Of a stretch of DNA of 44,326 nt, positions 1 through 12,617 are shown in pieces. The notes under the pieces are model-generated. The model did not search any database, had not been told where the DNA came from, and saw nothing but the letters and a program-made list of their open reading frames with translations. Source of the DNA: Fonticula alba ATCC 38817 (Eukaryota > Protista > Nucleariida); NCBI GenBank assembly GCA_000388065.2, contig KB932207.1. The stretch is one strand, 5' to 3'. Numbering within the stretch: the first letter of the stretch is position 1; each line of letters opens with the position of its first letter. Both the position numbers and the translations under genes were made by a program.

Positions 1-654
1 CCCCGCATTCCTCTCCGAGGAATGCTGTTCTGGGATGCTATCATTCCCACGATGTAACACGTGTGGCAATTCACTCACGTGTTGCTTCATCTATCGTTTA
101 CATGGGGATTCCACTACATCGGCGCCCGGGGCACGCCACCGGCCAGGCAGCAGGGGGGAGGGGGCGGCTGTTGTGCTTGGGCGTGCGCGCCGCATTCGGA
201 AGGCGGCCCTCCCCCCGGCGAGCGCGTCTCGGGCAGCCGACGCCGCTCTTGGGGGCGGCCGGGCGCCTCCTCGCGTCAGGGTGCTGACCGGGCGGGGCGG
301 CAGGCAGGGGGCGGGGGGCGGGCGGCGCGCGCGCGCGCGCAACAAACACACAGTGCAATCATCGGCCACCCGGGCCGGCCGGAGAGCCCACTGGACCGGG
401 ACCGGCGGCCGGGCGAACTGGGTGGCGGACGCCCTCCCGGCGCAACCTACACCGGCCGCCCGACCGCGCGAAATGCGTGCGCCCAGGTGGCATCCGCGCT
501 GCGCCGCGCCGCGCCCCCCGCTGCGGCTCCGCAGCCCGGGGCCCCTGCATGTGCCGCAGGGCCGGCGGCGTCCAGTGTGCGGGTCGCGTTGTTCCGCGGC
601 AGCCGCGCGCCGCGACTGCACAAGGCGGCCCGGGCGGCGGCGACGGCGGCGGCG

Positions 655-695
<41 letters not shown>

Positions 696-1539
696 GGGGG
701 GCCGTTGTGTCCGCCGCATTAGCATATTACCGCCGCCCCAGCCGCGTCGCCCCCCGGCACATGGGGCGCGCGGTGATGGCCGTAAACATTCGCCGCGGCG
801 ATGTGTGCGCATGTGTGCCAGTCCTCGGACTGCCAGCCCGATGGAGTCCAGCTGTGAGCATCGCCGCCGCCGCCGCCGCCGCCGCCGCGGTCGCGGTCGC
901 TTGAGCCACGCCTCCCGGGCCACCCCTATGCCCTGCCGGGCGCGGAGACCCGTAAGCGGATTGAATGTGCACGGGCGAACACGGCCCGGCCATCGGCCCG
1001 GGTCCAGGGGCAGGCATCCGCGCTCGGGCCCGCGCGCAGCCCCATCGGCCGGCCGGTCGAAGCGCCGCGGCGCCGGAGCCGGGGGGGGGGGGGGCAGGAC
1101 ATGCACCCCAGTGCGCGGCCCCCGAACCGCTGGCGATGGCCCCCCCCCCCGCTCGGAGGCCTGGCTGATGTAGACAAGGGCGACACGCCGGATGGCGGGT
1201 CCCGGCACCAGGGGCAGAGGCGGGGCCGAACTGGGGGCCCTTCAGCTGAGGGCCCCAAGCATTCCCCCTCCCGCGGCGCGCGCCCCACCCATGGCCCAAT
1301 ACGCACAACACACCGGTCTCGCCCCGGCGCGCCCGCGGCGCCCGAACACAACGACCCGCCCCCCCGCGCGCCCCCCCCCCCGGGGGGGGGAGAGGGGAGT
1401 TGGGCCGGCCGGCCGCCGCAGAGTCGACGATGTACGCCCATGGACTGGGCATGTACACGCAACCCTTGCCCCGGCCCCCCAACGCACGATTCGCCCACGC
1501 GCCAGAGGACACGCCCGCCGTGCCGGCCCTCGCGCTGTT

Positions 1540-1577
<38 letters not shown>

Positions 1578-2282
1578 GCGCTCCGCCCCTCGCTCCCCGT
1601 CCGGGGGCGAGCAGGGCTGCGGGCCCCCCGGGGGCGAGGAATGCGCCGCCGCTCTCGGGGCTTCGGCCGGGGGCGGAGGCGTCCTCTCCGAGCTGGCACC
1701 CGTTGGTCCGCGCCCCCTCCCCCCGGGCCGGAACAAGTGGCGGCGCGCGCGCGCACGGCACCCATGGCGCCGGTCAAGCAAGCGAACCCGTGCTCCTCCT
1801 GTCTCGGACTCCCGCCGAGGGCCCCTTCCCTGGGCCCGGTCCCCTGGCCCACGCAGCCCCCCCCCGCCCCCCCCCCCCCCCCCGGCCCCCGCGGCCGGCC
1901 GGGTCGCACTGTTGCTACGGATGCACGGCTCGGGGTCGGCCGGCGGCACGAGGCGCCTGGCCGAAAAAAAATGGCAACCGCCCAGGCGAACATGGGTCGG
2001 ATATTTACGGCGCCCCGGGTGGGCCTTCGCGGTCCCGGGTTGCTGGTGCCCGGGGCGCCGGGGCCCGCCCTTGCCGCGCGGCCGCCGCGCCGCCAGCTCC
2101 CTCGGGCGCCGGTCCGCGCGCGCGCGCGCGCGCCCCGGCCCACCCCGACCGGACTCCCAGCCGGGCCCCGCGTCCAGACCGTGCCCCCTACGGCACGCCC
2201 CCCGGCCCGGGGGCCGCCGCACAGCCGCCAGCCCCGTTCCCCCATCGGGGCGCAGGCTCTCCCGCGGCCGACACAACCATAA

Positions 2283-2334
2283 CAGCCGCAACAGCCGCAA
2301 CAGCAACAGCAGCAACAGCAGCAGCAGCAGCAGC

Positions 2335-2365
<31 letters not shown>

Positions 2366-2378
2366 GCAGCAGCAGCAA
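2283..2378 (+). repeat. CAG/CAA trinucleotide tract (polyQ in one + frame, polyL on the - strand)
   Basis: Read from 2283 the tract gives Q-P-Q-Q-P followed by 27 consecutive CAA/CAG codons (2298-2378). Coding status is not established. Confidence 0.9.
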
Positions 2379-2789
2379 CTGCACCAGGGGCCCGGGCGGT
2401 GGCGGGTACGAAAAATGCCGCGGAAAAATATGGCCAAATGAGCGCCCCGCCCGGGGACCAGGGGTCGCTCATGACGTCCATGCGAGGGCGCGCGCGCGGG
2501 TGTCGCGCGGGCGCGCTCGCACCGACCCCCCTTCTGAGGCTGGTCTCACTCGGCCGGCCGGCCGGCCGGCAGGGGCCACCACGCACCAATGGCCAGGTTC
2601 CCAGCCGCCAGCCCAGGGCCGGGGGGCTGCGCCGGGCACGAGGAACACGCCCCCCCCCCCCGGCGCCCGGCGCGGCCGACCGCCAACCTTCCCTCGGGAT
2701 GGCCACCGCCGGACGGCACTCGCAGGGGCCGGCAGATCGCGCCGGCGTTTTGCCCTCGCTCCCTCCCTCCGGGCGGCCGGCGCATGCAT

Positions 2790-2790
<1 letters not shown>

Positions 2791-2826
<36 letters not shown>

Positions 2827-3315
2827 AGGTTCCCCCCCCCCGCCGCCGCCCCCCGCCCAGCCCAGCCCGGCGCCATGCTCCTTGCCCTCCTGGCGCCCAG
2901 CCGCCTCGGCCCCTCGTCTCCCCGGTTGCGCGTTCCGCTGACGCCCGCCCCCGTGCCCCGGCCNNNNNNNNNNNNNNNNNNNNNNNNNNNNNNNNNNNNN
3001 NNNNNNNNNNNNNNNNNNNNNNNNNNNNNNNNNNNNNNNNNNNNNNNNNNNNNNNNNNNNNNNNNNNNNNNNNNNNNNNNNNNNNNNNNNNNNNNNNNNN
3101 NNNNNNNNNNNNNNNNNNNNNNNNNNNNNNNNNNNNNNNNNNNNNNNNNNNNNNNNNNNNNNNNNNNNNNNNNNNNNNNNNNNNNNNNNNNNNNNNNNNN
3201 NNNNNNNNNNNNNNNNNNNNNNNNNNNNNNNNNNNNNNNNNNNNNNNNNNNNNNNNNNNNNNNNNNNNNNNNNNNNNNNNNNNNNNNNNNNNNNNNNNNN
3301 NNNNNNNNNNNNNNN

Positions 3316-3359
<44 letters not shown>

Positions 3360-3413
3360 CCCGCCCCCCCCCCCCTGCCCCGCCCCCCCCCCGGCGCGCC
3401 CCCCACACCAACC

Positions 3414-3459
<46 letters not shown>

Positions 3460-3623
3460 TCCCCCCTTCGCTCCTCCCCCCCCACCACCACCTCCCCCCC
3501 CCCCCTCCCCCTCTTCCCTCCATACCATCCCCCCTCGTCTCCCCCCGCCCACCCCTCCCACTCCTCACCCCCCCACCCACCACCCCGCCCCCCCCTACCC
3601 CTCCCACTCCTTCCCCCCCCCAT

Positions 3624-3660
<37 letters not shown>
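2791..3660. repeat. Poly-C / C-rich low-complexity tract flanking an assembly gap
   Basis: Long C runs at about 2791-2840 and 3316-3660 on either side of the N gap 2964-3315. Confidence 0.85.
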
Positions 3661-3665
<5 letters not shown>

Positions 3666-5276
3666 CCTATCCCCGTCCGGGGAACGCGCGCCACGAAGGT
3701 GCTCAAGCCGACGCCCACCTAATCCGGCTTGCGCCTCGTCTCGCTGAAAAGAGGCGCCAAGACGTGCCCCCGGCCGGGGCGCGCCCCTGCCGAGAGTCGG
3801 CGCAGTTGCCCGGGCGCGGCGCCCGGCGTCTGCCCCCGATGCTCGGCTAGGGGTCGGGCTGGAGGCCCGGGGGGCGGGGGGGGGGGGGAGGAGGAGCCGA
3901 GCGTGCCCATGCCGCCGGCACCCCGTCCCCCCTGGGTCCCGAGCGTGCTTCTGTTTGTGTGTGTTTGTCCGGTCCAGCGAACATCCCGCCCCCCCGGCCC
4001 CCTCCCGCCAGCCCCAGGAACGGGCGGCGGAGGAGGGCACAGAGCACGGGGGGCGCCTGGGGGCGCGCGCGCGCGGCCACCGCCGGTATGCCTGGCCCTG
4101 GCGCCAGCTCCCCAAGCCGGCCAGAGTCAGCTGAAGGGACAGCCAGGCCCGCCCTCGCGCCCCCCCGCCCCTCCCACCTCCCCCCGGGCCCATCGCCTCC
4201 GTGGCCGCGGCCGCCGCCTCCCCCTCCCGCCTTTCTCCTTTCGGTCACCCCGCCCGCACATCGGCCTCCCCCGGCGGGGGAATGATCGGCCGCAATATCT
4301 GGTGGGCGCCTTTTGGGCCGCCGCGGCCGCCGCCTGGTCCGGGGTCTGCCGCGGTCCCCTGGCCGACAAATGCGCAGAACGACCGGCACCCTCGCAGCGC
4401 CGTCCGCATCCACGCCGATCCGCGCGCGCTCACGTACACACAGACACACACACACACACACAGACACACGTACGCCGGCCACCGGAGCCTACATGGCAAC
4501 AGACCGCGCGGGGGAATCCCCCAGGCTCATGTGTCCGGCGATGCCCGGGCTCCTGGGGGGGGCGGGGGAGGGGGAGCGCGATCGCTGCGAGGGGCATTCA
4601 ATCTGCGAAGATTGGCTTGGTCAACACTTTCGGCACTTCGCGCCGTGGCCACCCACGCTCGTGCCGTGGCCGGGGCCCGCCGCCACCGCCGCCGCCAAAT
4701 GGCGCCCGCCGCGGGCGTCCACTTGGTTGCGTCGGCGCGATGCGCGGCCCCGGGGCCACGGCCCTCCCACATGGCGCCCCTGCCGGGGCATGCACATCTC
4801 CGGGTCGGCGCGCGCACGCGCACACATACACACTCATATGTGTCTGTGTGTGTGTGTGTGTGTGCGTGCGTGTGTGGCTGCATGGTTGCATGGGTGCGTA
4901 GCAGTGTGGCTACACAAGGCCGTGCGCAGACACGAGGACGACCGAGGGAGGAGCAGGGGGAGGGGGCCGGCGGCCGGCCGCGAGGGGCGAGACCACACCG
5001 TCGACCGGCCAGCATGCACCGCCATCCCGCCGGAGGAGGGCGCGGGACAGAGGGAGAGAGAGAGAGCGCGCGCGCGCGCACGAGGGCGACATGGCACGCG
5101 CGTGTGGCCCGGCGCTGGCGGCATTTGAACATTAGCAACGGCCGGGGAAATGCCTCAGCGCTGGCCGACCCCGGCCTGGCCCTCTCGCGGACCGAGGGCC
5201 TAGCCAACCGGCCGGGCGGCCGTAGCCCAGGCCGCCCTCCGGACAGATGACCGCACCCAAGGCGGGGCCAGGTGTG

Positions 5277-5282
5277 CGTACG

Positions 5283-5313
<31 letters not shown>

Positions 5314-5376
5314 TTATATGTGTGTGTGTGTGCACTTGCGGGTGCTCGTGGCTGGCGCGCGCGCGCGCGCGCGCGC
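5277..5376. repeat. (TGCG)n + (TG)n + (GC)n compound microsatellite
   Basis: Directly visible. Similar alternating purine-pyrimidine tracts recur at about 4440-4470, 5820-5870, 18325-18355, 24606-24645, 32370-32420 and 37630-37720. Confidence 0.9.
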
Positions 5377-6167
5377 AAATCCCCGGCGAATGCCCGCCCG
5401 CCGAAAAGAGCGGCCCTGCCCGGCAAACACATGCACATCGTCCGTCCGGCGACGGTCCGCCTGCTCCGGGCGAGCACAAACAATACACTGCCGGCTTTGG
5501 CCCGGGAGAAGGAGGGGACGCCGCCGCTCCCCCCTCGCCCGTCCGGTACAATCACACACACACACACACCACACACGGGCGCGCGGTCCAACCGCGCGCC
5601 CGTGTGTGGGGCCGCCAGCGGAGGGTGAAACACTTGCCGATCAGCCAACACCCAGGGGGGCCGACAATGGGAACCACCGCCCGCACGCCCACCGCACCCT
5701 GCTCGGGGTGCGGTGCAGCGCCGTCGCCTCCCCCGGGACAGGGAGGCGAAGCAATGACGCGAGGCTCGGGCAGCCGTGGGCCCAGACCCTTTCGTCTGGC
5801 GGGCGCACATACACAAATATACACACGCACACAGGGACACACACACACACACACACACACGCACGCGCGCGCCGGTGGCGAGGGACGGGGCTCGGGGGAG
5901 CCCGCCCGACGCCGGGCCACACTCGCCCCACGCGCGTATGCTTATTCTGGTTTCCCCTTTGCGTTGGTAGGTGCACTGGCCGAGGGAGGCCACACCCCCG
6001 GGCCGCCGCCGGGCAGGCCCCATTAGCAGTCCCATATCAGGGGACTCGTTATTTCCTCCGCCTCGCGACGGTCCTCGGTCCCCGCCGCCTGCGGGCTCGC
6101 ATGCCCGCGTGCCGGTCGGCCGGCCAGCCGCCCGGGCACGCGTGCGCCGGCCACAACATTTCGTCTC

Positions 6168-6176
6168 ATGACTCAT
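6168..6176. promoter_or_regulatory. ATGACTCAT, perfect Gcn4/AP-1-type bZIP consensus
   Basis: Exact match to ATGA(C/G)TCAT in intergenic DNA. A single 9-mer can occur by chance and no target gene was identified. Confidence 0.2.
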
Positions 6177-6762
6177 CTTCAATGCCGCGGCATGTACGCA
6201 CGCCTTGCTGGGCCTCGCCCCCCGCCCTCTGGCCAGGTCTGCGGCCCGGCGGGCGAGGCAGGGAGAGGCAGGCGGAGGGGGGGGCGGGGGGGGGGCATGG
6301 AATTGCGCCGGGGATTTCGTCTACCCGCCGTAGGCGCGCAATGGCCCTCGGTCGCGCGGGACATGGGTAGTAAGAGACCCCGCCAAGCACGCGATTCGGG
6401 GTGTCGCTCCGGGGGGCCTCCTGCCGCTCCGGTTTCAGAAGGGCAGCACGGTCGGTCTCACAGGGCCACATATACACACACACACACACGCACACAGGCA
6501 TGCTGCCACTCCCCTGCCAGGCGTGTGGCAACACTGGCGGGTCCCCCCCCCCCTGGCAGCCGGGGACGCCTGTGCCGTGTGCACAGAGCACCTTGGGGCC
6601 AGGAGGGCAGGAGACACTCTACAAGAGGCCCCGCCCGCCGCCCTCCGGCCCCTCACAGGGACCCTGCTGAGGGGGAGTGTGAGGGCCACAGGCCAGAGAC
6701 ACCCCCGGCGCCGCGCCGTGTTACCCCCCGAGAATCCCCGACGGGCGGGGAGCTACTTCAAT

Positions 6763-6772
6763 TATATAAAAG
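6763..6772 (+). promoter_or_regulatory. TATA-box-like element TATATAAAAG
   Basis: Canonical TATAWAAR match standing out in very GC-rich DNA. No downstream gene identified. Confidence 0.25.
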
Positions 6773-6781
6773 ACCAAGGCC

Positions 6782-6948
6782 GAGGAGGAGGATGAGGAGG
6801 AGGAGGAAGAGGGGAAGGAGGAGAGGGAGGAGGAGGAGGAGGGGAAGGAGGAGGAGGAGGGGAAGGAGGAGGAGGAGGGGAAGGAGGAGGAAGAGGGGAA
6901 GGAAGAGGAGGAGGGGAAGGAGGAGGGGAGGGAGGAGAGGGAGGAGGA
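6782..6948 (+). repeat. Purine-rich minisatellite, (GAG)3-4-GGG-AAG units
   Basis: Repeating gaggaggaggggaag units that would read (EEEEGK)n. That frame is closed by TAA at 6767-6769. Confidence 0.85.
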
Positions 6949-8229
6949 ACGGCTGTCTGTCCCTCGACAGGGAGGGCTCCACAGAAGGGTGGTCCCACAA
7001 GAGGCCCCCCCCCCCCCCACCCGTGGCCGGAGTCCTGGCTACAACCTGGGCGGAGGGCGAGAGCAGGGGCGAGCGCTGGACCGAGCCCGTCGTTCACCAC
7101 CGCCGGGGCCGGGGAAATGCGACAGTCATCCGTGGATGTATTTTTGTGCGTGCGTGTGTATGTGTGTGTATACGCCCGTCCGAACGTGTGCCACCCCACA
7201 ATGCCACACACCTGCGGCCAAAGACACCTGCTGTCAGCACATTGCCACCGCGGCGGCTCCCCCCAGGCACACCGCGCCGGTGTTCGCCCTGCTCGGCCAC
7301 GTGTTAACTCACCGAGAGATAAACTGAGATGGGCCTCTGAGGGCTGTTGGCCCAGAACCCATGGATCCCAGAACGACGGCTATCCCGGTGGTAGCCCTTG
7401 GCGCTCAGCGGGGCCGCCCGACCCCCCCCCCCCCCCCCCGGGAAGAGACAGAAGGGAGGGTGAAAGGCACAGGGCAACAAATTCCGTCGGCAAAGCGCCT
7501 TGCGCACGGGGCGGAAAAGGGGACGTGGTGTATTTCAAGTGTCGCTCCCTTTCAGGGGGGGGGAGGGGGCAGGGGCGTGTATACAGCGGAGTGGGGCACA
7601 GGGGGGGGGGCCGGGGAAGAGATGAGGCCCCTCCTCTCCATACCATGTTGGCTGGTCTTCTTTCGGTGCGTGTGTGCGTGTGCGCTGTGCTGTGGAAAAT
7701 GTATAGATGTCGGGACATGCTGCGCTGTGGCTCACTCTCTTTCTCTCGGTCCCCCGCTCTCTCGCCTCACCCATCCAGAAAGGCGATGCATTCTTTTGTC
7801 CCGTCCTCTTGGCGCTTCCGCCCCGCGCAAGGGCATGGGATGTACCCCCCCCCCCCGCCCTCCAAGAGGAAGGAGAAAGGGGAGCGGAGGGAGCTGGGGG
7901 GGAGGAAGACGCGCGTGCAGGGCACACAACGGGGGACACTCTAAAAATCCGAAGGCACCGCCCTGTGATGGGCAACAAAAAAAAGAACCGAGAGGGGCGC
8001 AGCGGAAGCGCACGCGCAGCAAGGAGAGGGAGAGAGAGAAAGAGAGAGGGAAAGCCGCGCACACGCACACACACACCCAGATGCAGGAGGACAGAGGGCG
8101 GTACACAGAGTCACACACCCATCCCCCGGCCTCCCCAGTGTTACCACCACCACCGCCGCCGCCGCCGCCGCCGTGCGCGCGCGCAGGGACATATGCCCCC
8201 CCCCCCGCCCCCTCCCCCGCCCGACGACA

Positions 8230-11200
8230 TCAGCCACCGCGGTGGCGCGTGATGAAACGACGGAAGAGTTGACGGAACTGCCGCGGGTCCTGGTTCATGG
8301 CGGCGTTGACATAGTCGGCCGCCACGTCGGCCGGCAGGCCGATGCTCGGCAGGTACTGCCCGGTCAGGAAGGACGTGCAGGACACCCCCAGCGTCTGGAT
8401 GAGGCGCTGCTGCAGCAGCGTCAGATCATTCAACACCGCCAGCGAGCTGGCATTCGACACGTCAAATGTCGGCGCCAGGGGGATGGAGAACACCAACGGC
8501 TGGACCTCATTCAGGGCAAAGGGCAGGAAGTCCGGCAGACGCAGGCGGCTGATGTTCACCGGCTCCGTCGGCGGCGGGGGGAGGGCCTGCTCCGGCGGCG
8601 GGGCCCCCGGGCCGCCCGGCAACGGGGTCTGCCCGTCCCCCGGCTGCAGCCAGGCCACCGCCATGCGCGACAGGACCCCGAGGGCCGCCCGCTGGATGGC
8701 CGGCTCCAGGCACCGCGCGGCCAGCAGCGTCACGCTGGCCAGGATGGTCGGCAGCACCGGCAAATTGACCTCCGACACCAGGATATGCTCCATGCGCTCC
8801 TGGAAGATGGCATTCAGGAAGGCCAGGTACGCCCGGCGGATGTCATTCAGCCGCTGGAGCTCCTCCGTGTTGACCGTGGCACCGACCGCCGCCGCGGCCG
8901 CCACACTGGAGGAGGCCGTGCCGCCGGCCGTGCCGCCCTTGAAGCCAGGCGCATGGGCCCCGGCCGCCGCGGCCGCCGGCTGCTGCGGCTGGCTCGCCCC
9001 CCCGGGCGGAGCCCCGGCGGTGGTGGCCCCGGCGGCCCCGGCACCGCCCGGGCCGCCCCCGGCTCCCCCGGCTCCGGGCTTCGGGCTGCCAGCCGCCAGC
9101 TCGATCAGGCCGAGCTCCTGTCGCGCGAAGGGCAAAATCTGTGCCACCACCGCCGGGAACAGCCCGGCCAGGGTCGGCAGGAAAGCCTCCCGATAGCGGA
9201 AGGTCAGCTGCGCCAGGACCGGCAGGAATTCCGCCAGCGCAAAGGCACTCGCATGCCGCAGCAGGCGCTCCAGTGCCCCCGGCACCAGGGCCATCAGATC
9301 GCACGTGGCACACCCGACAAGACGCTGGAACAGCTGCCGCACCGCGTCCCGCATCGGGGCCTCTACCGCCACCAGCCACGCCGTGCCCGGGGCATTGCCC
9401 GCGGCCGCCAGCTCCTTCTGATATGCATCCAGGGCGTCCAGCACGGCCAGCGCCGCCTGCAGGCAGTCACGCAGGGCCGGCTCCCAGCTGGCTGCCGAGT
9501 GACCGCCCCCGGCCCCGGCCGCCGGCTGCTGGGCCGATGGGAAGCCCTTGACCAAGTGCGAGATGGCCGTCACGGCCATGTGAAGCAGCGCCAGATGCCG
9601 CGGCTCGGTGGCCGCCCGGCCGGGCGGCGCCTCCCGGTACCGGCCCTCCTGCAGGATGGCACTCATCTGCGTCAGCAGCGGCTGCACCACGGTCACCGTG
9701 TATTGCCCGGCCAGCTCGGCCGGCGCAAAGGACCGGTTCCCCAGCAGCAGCCCCACCACCTCGAACAGGTGCAGCTGATCATCGAACTGGGAGAAGTGCT
9801 GCCCGGCGGCCGCCACGGCTCCGGACCCCGGCTCGGCCGGCACCCCGGCCTTGGCCGGCCCGGAGTCCCGGTCTTGCAGGAGCTGCTGCCAGGCCGCCGC
9901 ATTGGCCGGCACCGCCTGGAAGATGGCACTGGTGGCCAGGGTCGGCTCCGGCAGGGCCAGCAGCTCCTGGATGCCGCTCAGCAGGGCATTCGTGTGGGGG
10001 GTCAGTTGCGACAGCAGTGTGCGAACGAAGCGCGCCAGCAGGTAGGTGGTACGCCGGCGGACGTAGGGGTCATGATGACGCAGGCCACTGGGGGGGAGGC
10101 GGGGGGACCGTTGTGCGTGCGCCATCGAATCGAAAGCAGGCCAGGCGGGGAGAGGGGGNNNNNNNNNNNNNNNNNNNNNNNNNNNNNNNNNNNNNNNNNN
10201 NNNNNNNNNNNNNNNNNNNNNNNNNNNNNNNNNNNNNNNNNNNNNNNNNNNNNNNNNNNNNNNNNNNNNNNNNNNNNNNNNNNNNNNNNNNNNNNNNNNN
10301 NNNNNNNNNNNNNNNNNNGGGGCGGGGCGGGGCGGGGGACATACCGGCTGTCGAGGAAAGCCACCAGCGTGGCCTCAATGTACTCGGTGAAGACGCCAAA
10401 GAACTGGGCATACCGCACGGCGTTCTCGAAGAAGAGCAGCTGCACTGCCGAGTGGGGGTACGACACGATGTTGCTGGTGATCATGGAGTGCAGCATCGCG
10501 TGCAGGGAGAAAAGGGCCTGCTCCTCGGGGGGGACCGTGCGCGAGAAACGCAGCGAGGCTGCAAGCGCGCAAGTGGACGCAAGAGTGAGTGGGGCGTCGG
10601 GAGGAGGGGAGTCCTTCTGCAGATGGGCAGAGAGCGAGGGGTAGGACCAAAAGGCCGGAGGGCCGGGCGATCAAGGGGGGGGAGAGAGAGAGAGAGAGAG
10701 GGGGGGGGAGGGAGGGAGGGAGGGAGGAAGGAAGAGAGGGAGAGAGAGAGGGAGAGAGAGAGGGAGAGAGGGAGAGAGGGAAAGAAAGAGAGAAAGAGGG
10801 AAAGAAAGAGGGAAAGAGGGAAAGAAAGAGGGAAAGAAAGAGAGAAAGAGATGCCGCCACGTGCGGCCGGTCGCACACACGCACTCTTGATGCAGTCACT
10901 GTAGGTATACAGCAGGAAGAGGGCCAGCTCCGCGTCCTGGTACGGAGCCGATGGGTTCGACAGGACGGCCAGCACGTTGCGCTCGACGAAGCTCACGAAG
11001 ATCGATTGCTGGATGGAGCAGATGTGGTCCAGCTGGATCTTGATTGTCCGGCGGAAGTCGTCCACCTCCTGCCGGCCCTCATCGTCGTGGCTGAAGTCGA
11101 AGTCCGCCGGGAACTTCAGCTTCGACACCAGGATCTGCAGCAGACGCTCCAGCGCGGCAAGCTGCTCCCCAGTCAGGGGGGTGCTGCGGGCCGACTGGCG

Positions 11201-12581
11201 GAGCTGGAGGGGTTGAAGGAGGGGGGGAGGGAGGGAAGGACATGTCAGCGAACAGGCGGATGGATGTACTCCAGCAGATCGGCCGGCAGACACAACGGCA
11301 CACACCAGCACCAGGAAGGCCTGCGAGAATTCGAAAATCACCCCGAGGTCCGTGTCCTCCGACTCACCGAGCAGCTTGTACAGGACCGGCAGCAGGGACT
11401 CGATCACGGTGTACACCTGCGCCTGGTAGGCCTTCTCGCCGGCCAGCTCATTCCAAGAGGAGATCAGCGAGACGGCCGTGTCATTGAAGAGCTTGATCAC
11501 GGGCTCGCTGATGTCGGAGGACTTCTGCGCGGCCCGACAGCCCGGGGTGAAAGTTGCGAGGCGAGACAGAAAGAGGGAGCAGAGTCAGAAGGAGGGAGGA
11601 GGGTCAGAACATGGCACTGGGGGCAGGGCGGGGCGGGGCGGGGCGCAGGGGAACACGAACCATGATGAAGGCCTCGAAGATGTTGTGAAGGTGCAGCTTG
11701 TCCAGGAGGGCCAGGCGAGAGAGGGGGGGCATGCCCTTGAGGACAATCTGCCGATGGACAAGTCAGTCAGGACATGCGCAGGGCCGAGGAGAGAGGCAGC
11801 ACGAGGGGGAGCGAGGGCAGCAATGGAGAAAACACGGGCCGGTCGGAGGGGGCCCTGTGTGGGGAGACACGCACGCCGTTGACACATTCGCATGCGGCGT
11901 CGCGGAACTGCTCGGACTTGAGGAAGCTGCTGTAGGCCGAAACGAAGTTCGGCGTGACGACCAGATCCAGCTCGATCCAGGCTGTGTGTGTGGGGGGGGA
12001 GGGGGGGGGCAGGGAAAAGACGGTGAGTTGGCGACGTGACCGGGTGTGCACAGGGAGGGGGGGGGGGGGCGGATGGCTGGCTGGCACATACAGACATAGA
12101 TCCCGATGACGCTCAGGCAGAGGTTGATCAGGCCCGGGTCCGAGGAGTGGTATGTCCCGAGGATGAAGTACCAGGAGTCCACCAGCTGGGGGACATCCGT
12201 GTCGCGCATGCGGTCCTTCTGCAAGTGGGGCCCGGCCAGGGTGTTGGTAGGCGGTTAGCATACACCGCGGATGGCCAGGGGAGGGAGGGGGGGGGGACAA
12301 ACTAGCGCGAAATGCCCAAGCAGGCGGCGCCTGCTGCCAGCGTACGATGTTGGTGGCCAGCGCCGCCTCGGTGGGGAAGCGCTGGATGTCGCGCGAAATC
12401 AGCTCCTGATCCAGGATGATCAGGATGCGCAGGTACATGTCCACCATGGCTGGGCTCTGGTGGATGAGCGACAGGATGTCCTGGAAGAAAGAGCCCCAGG
12501 AGGTAAGGTATTCATGCATGAAGATGTGCACCAGGACGGTGAGGAACTTATGCTTGAAATCTAGAGGCCGGCAGGGGGTGA

Positions 12582-12617
<36 letters not shown>

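Noticed and set aside
1961-4710. AAAATGGC / AAATGGCG motifs (YY1-like) at about 1967 and 4697
   Set aside because: Short, few, not tied to an identified promoter, and the cognate factor is unknown in this lineage.
35-8272. Many long ORFs in the six-frame track, including the poly-Cys ORF 926-2437 and the poly-Leu ORF 1242-2384
   Set aside because: They are stop-poor by-products of very high GC and microsatellites, are dominated by A/G/P/R, overlap in several frames and show no family motifs.
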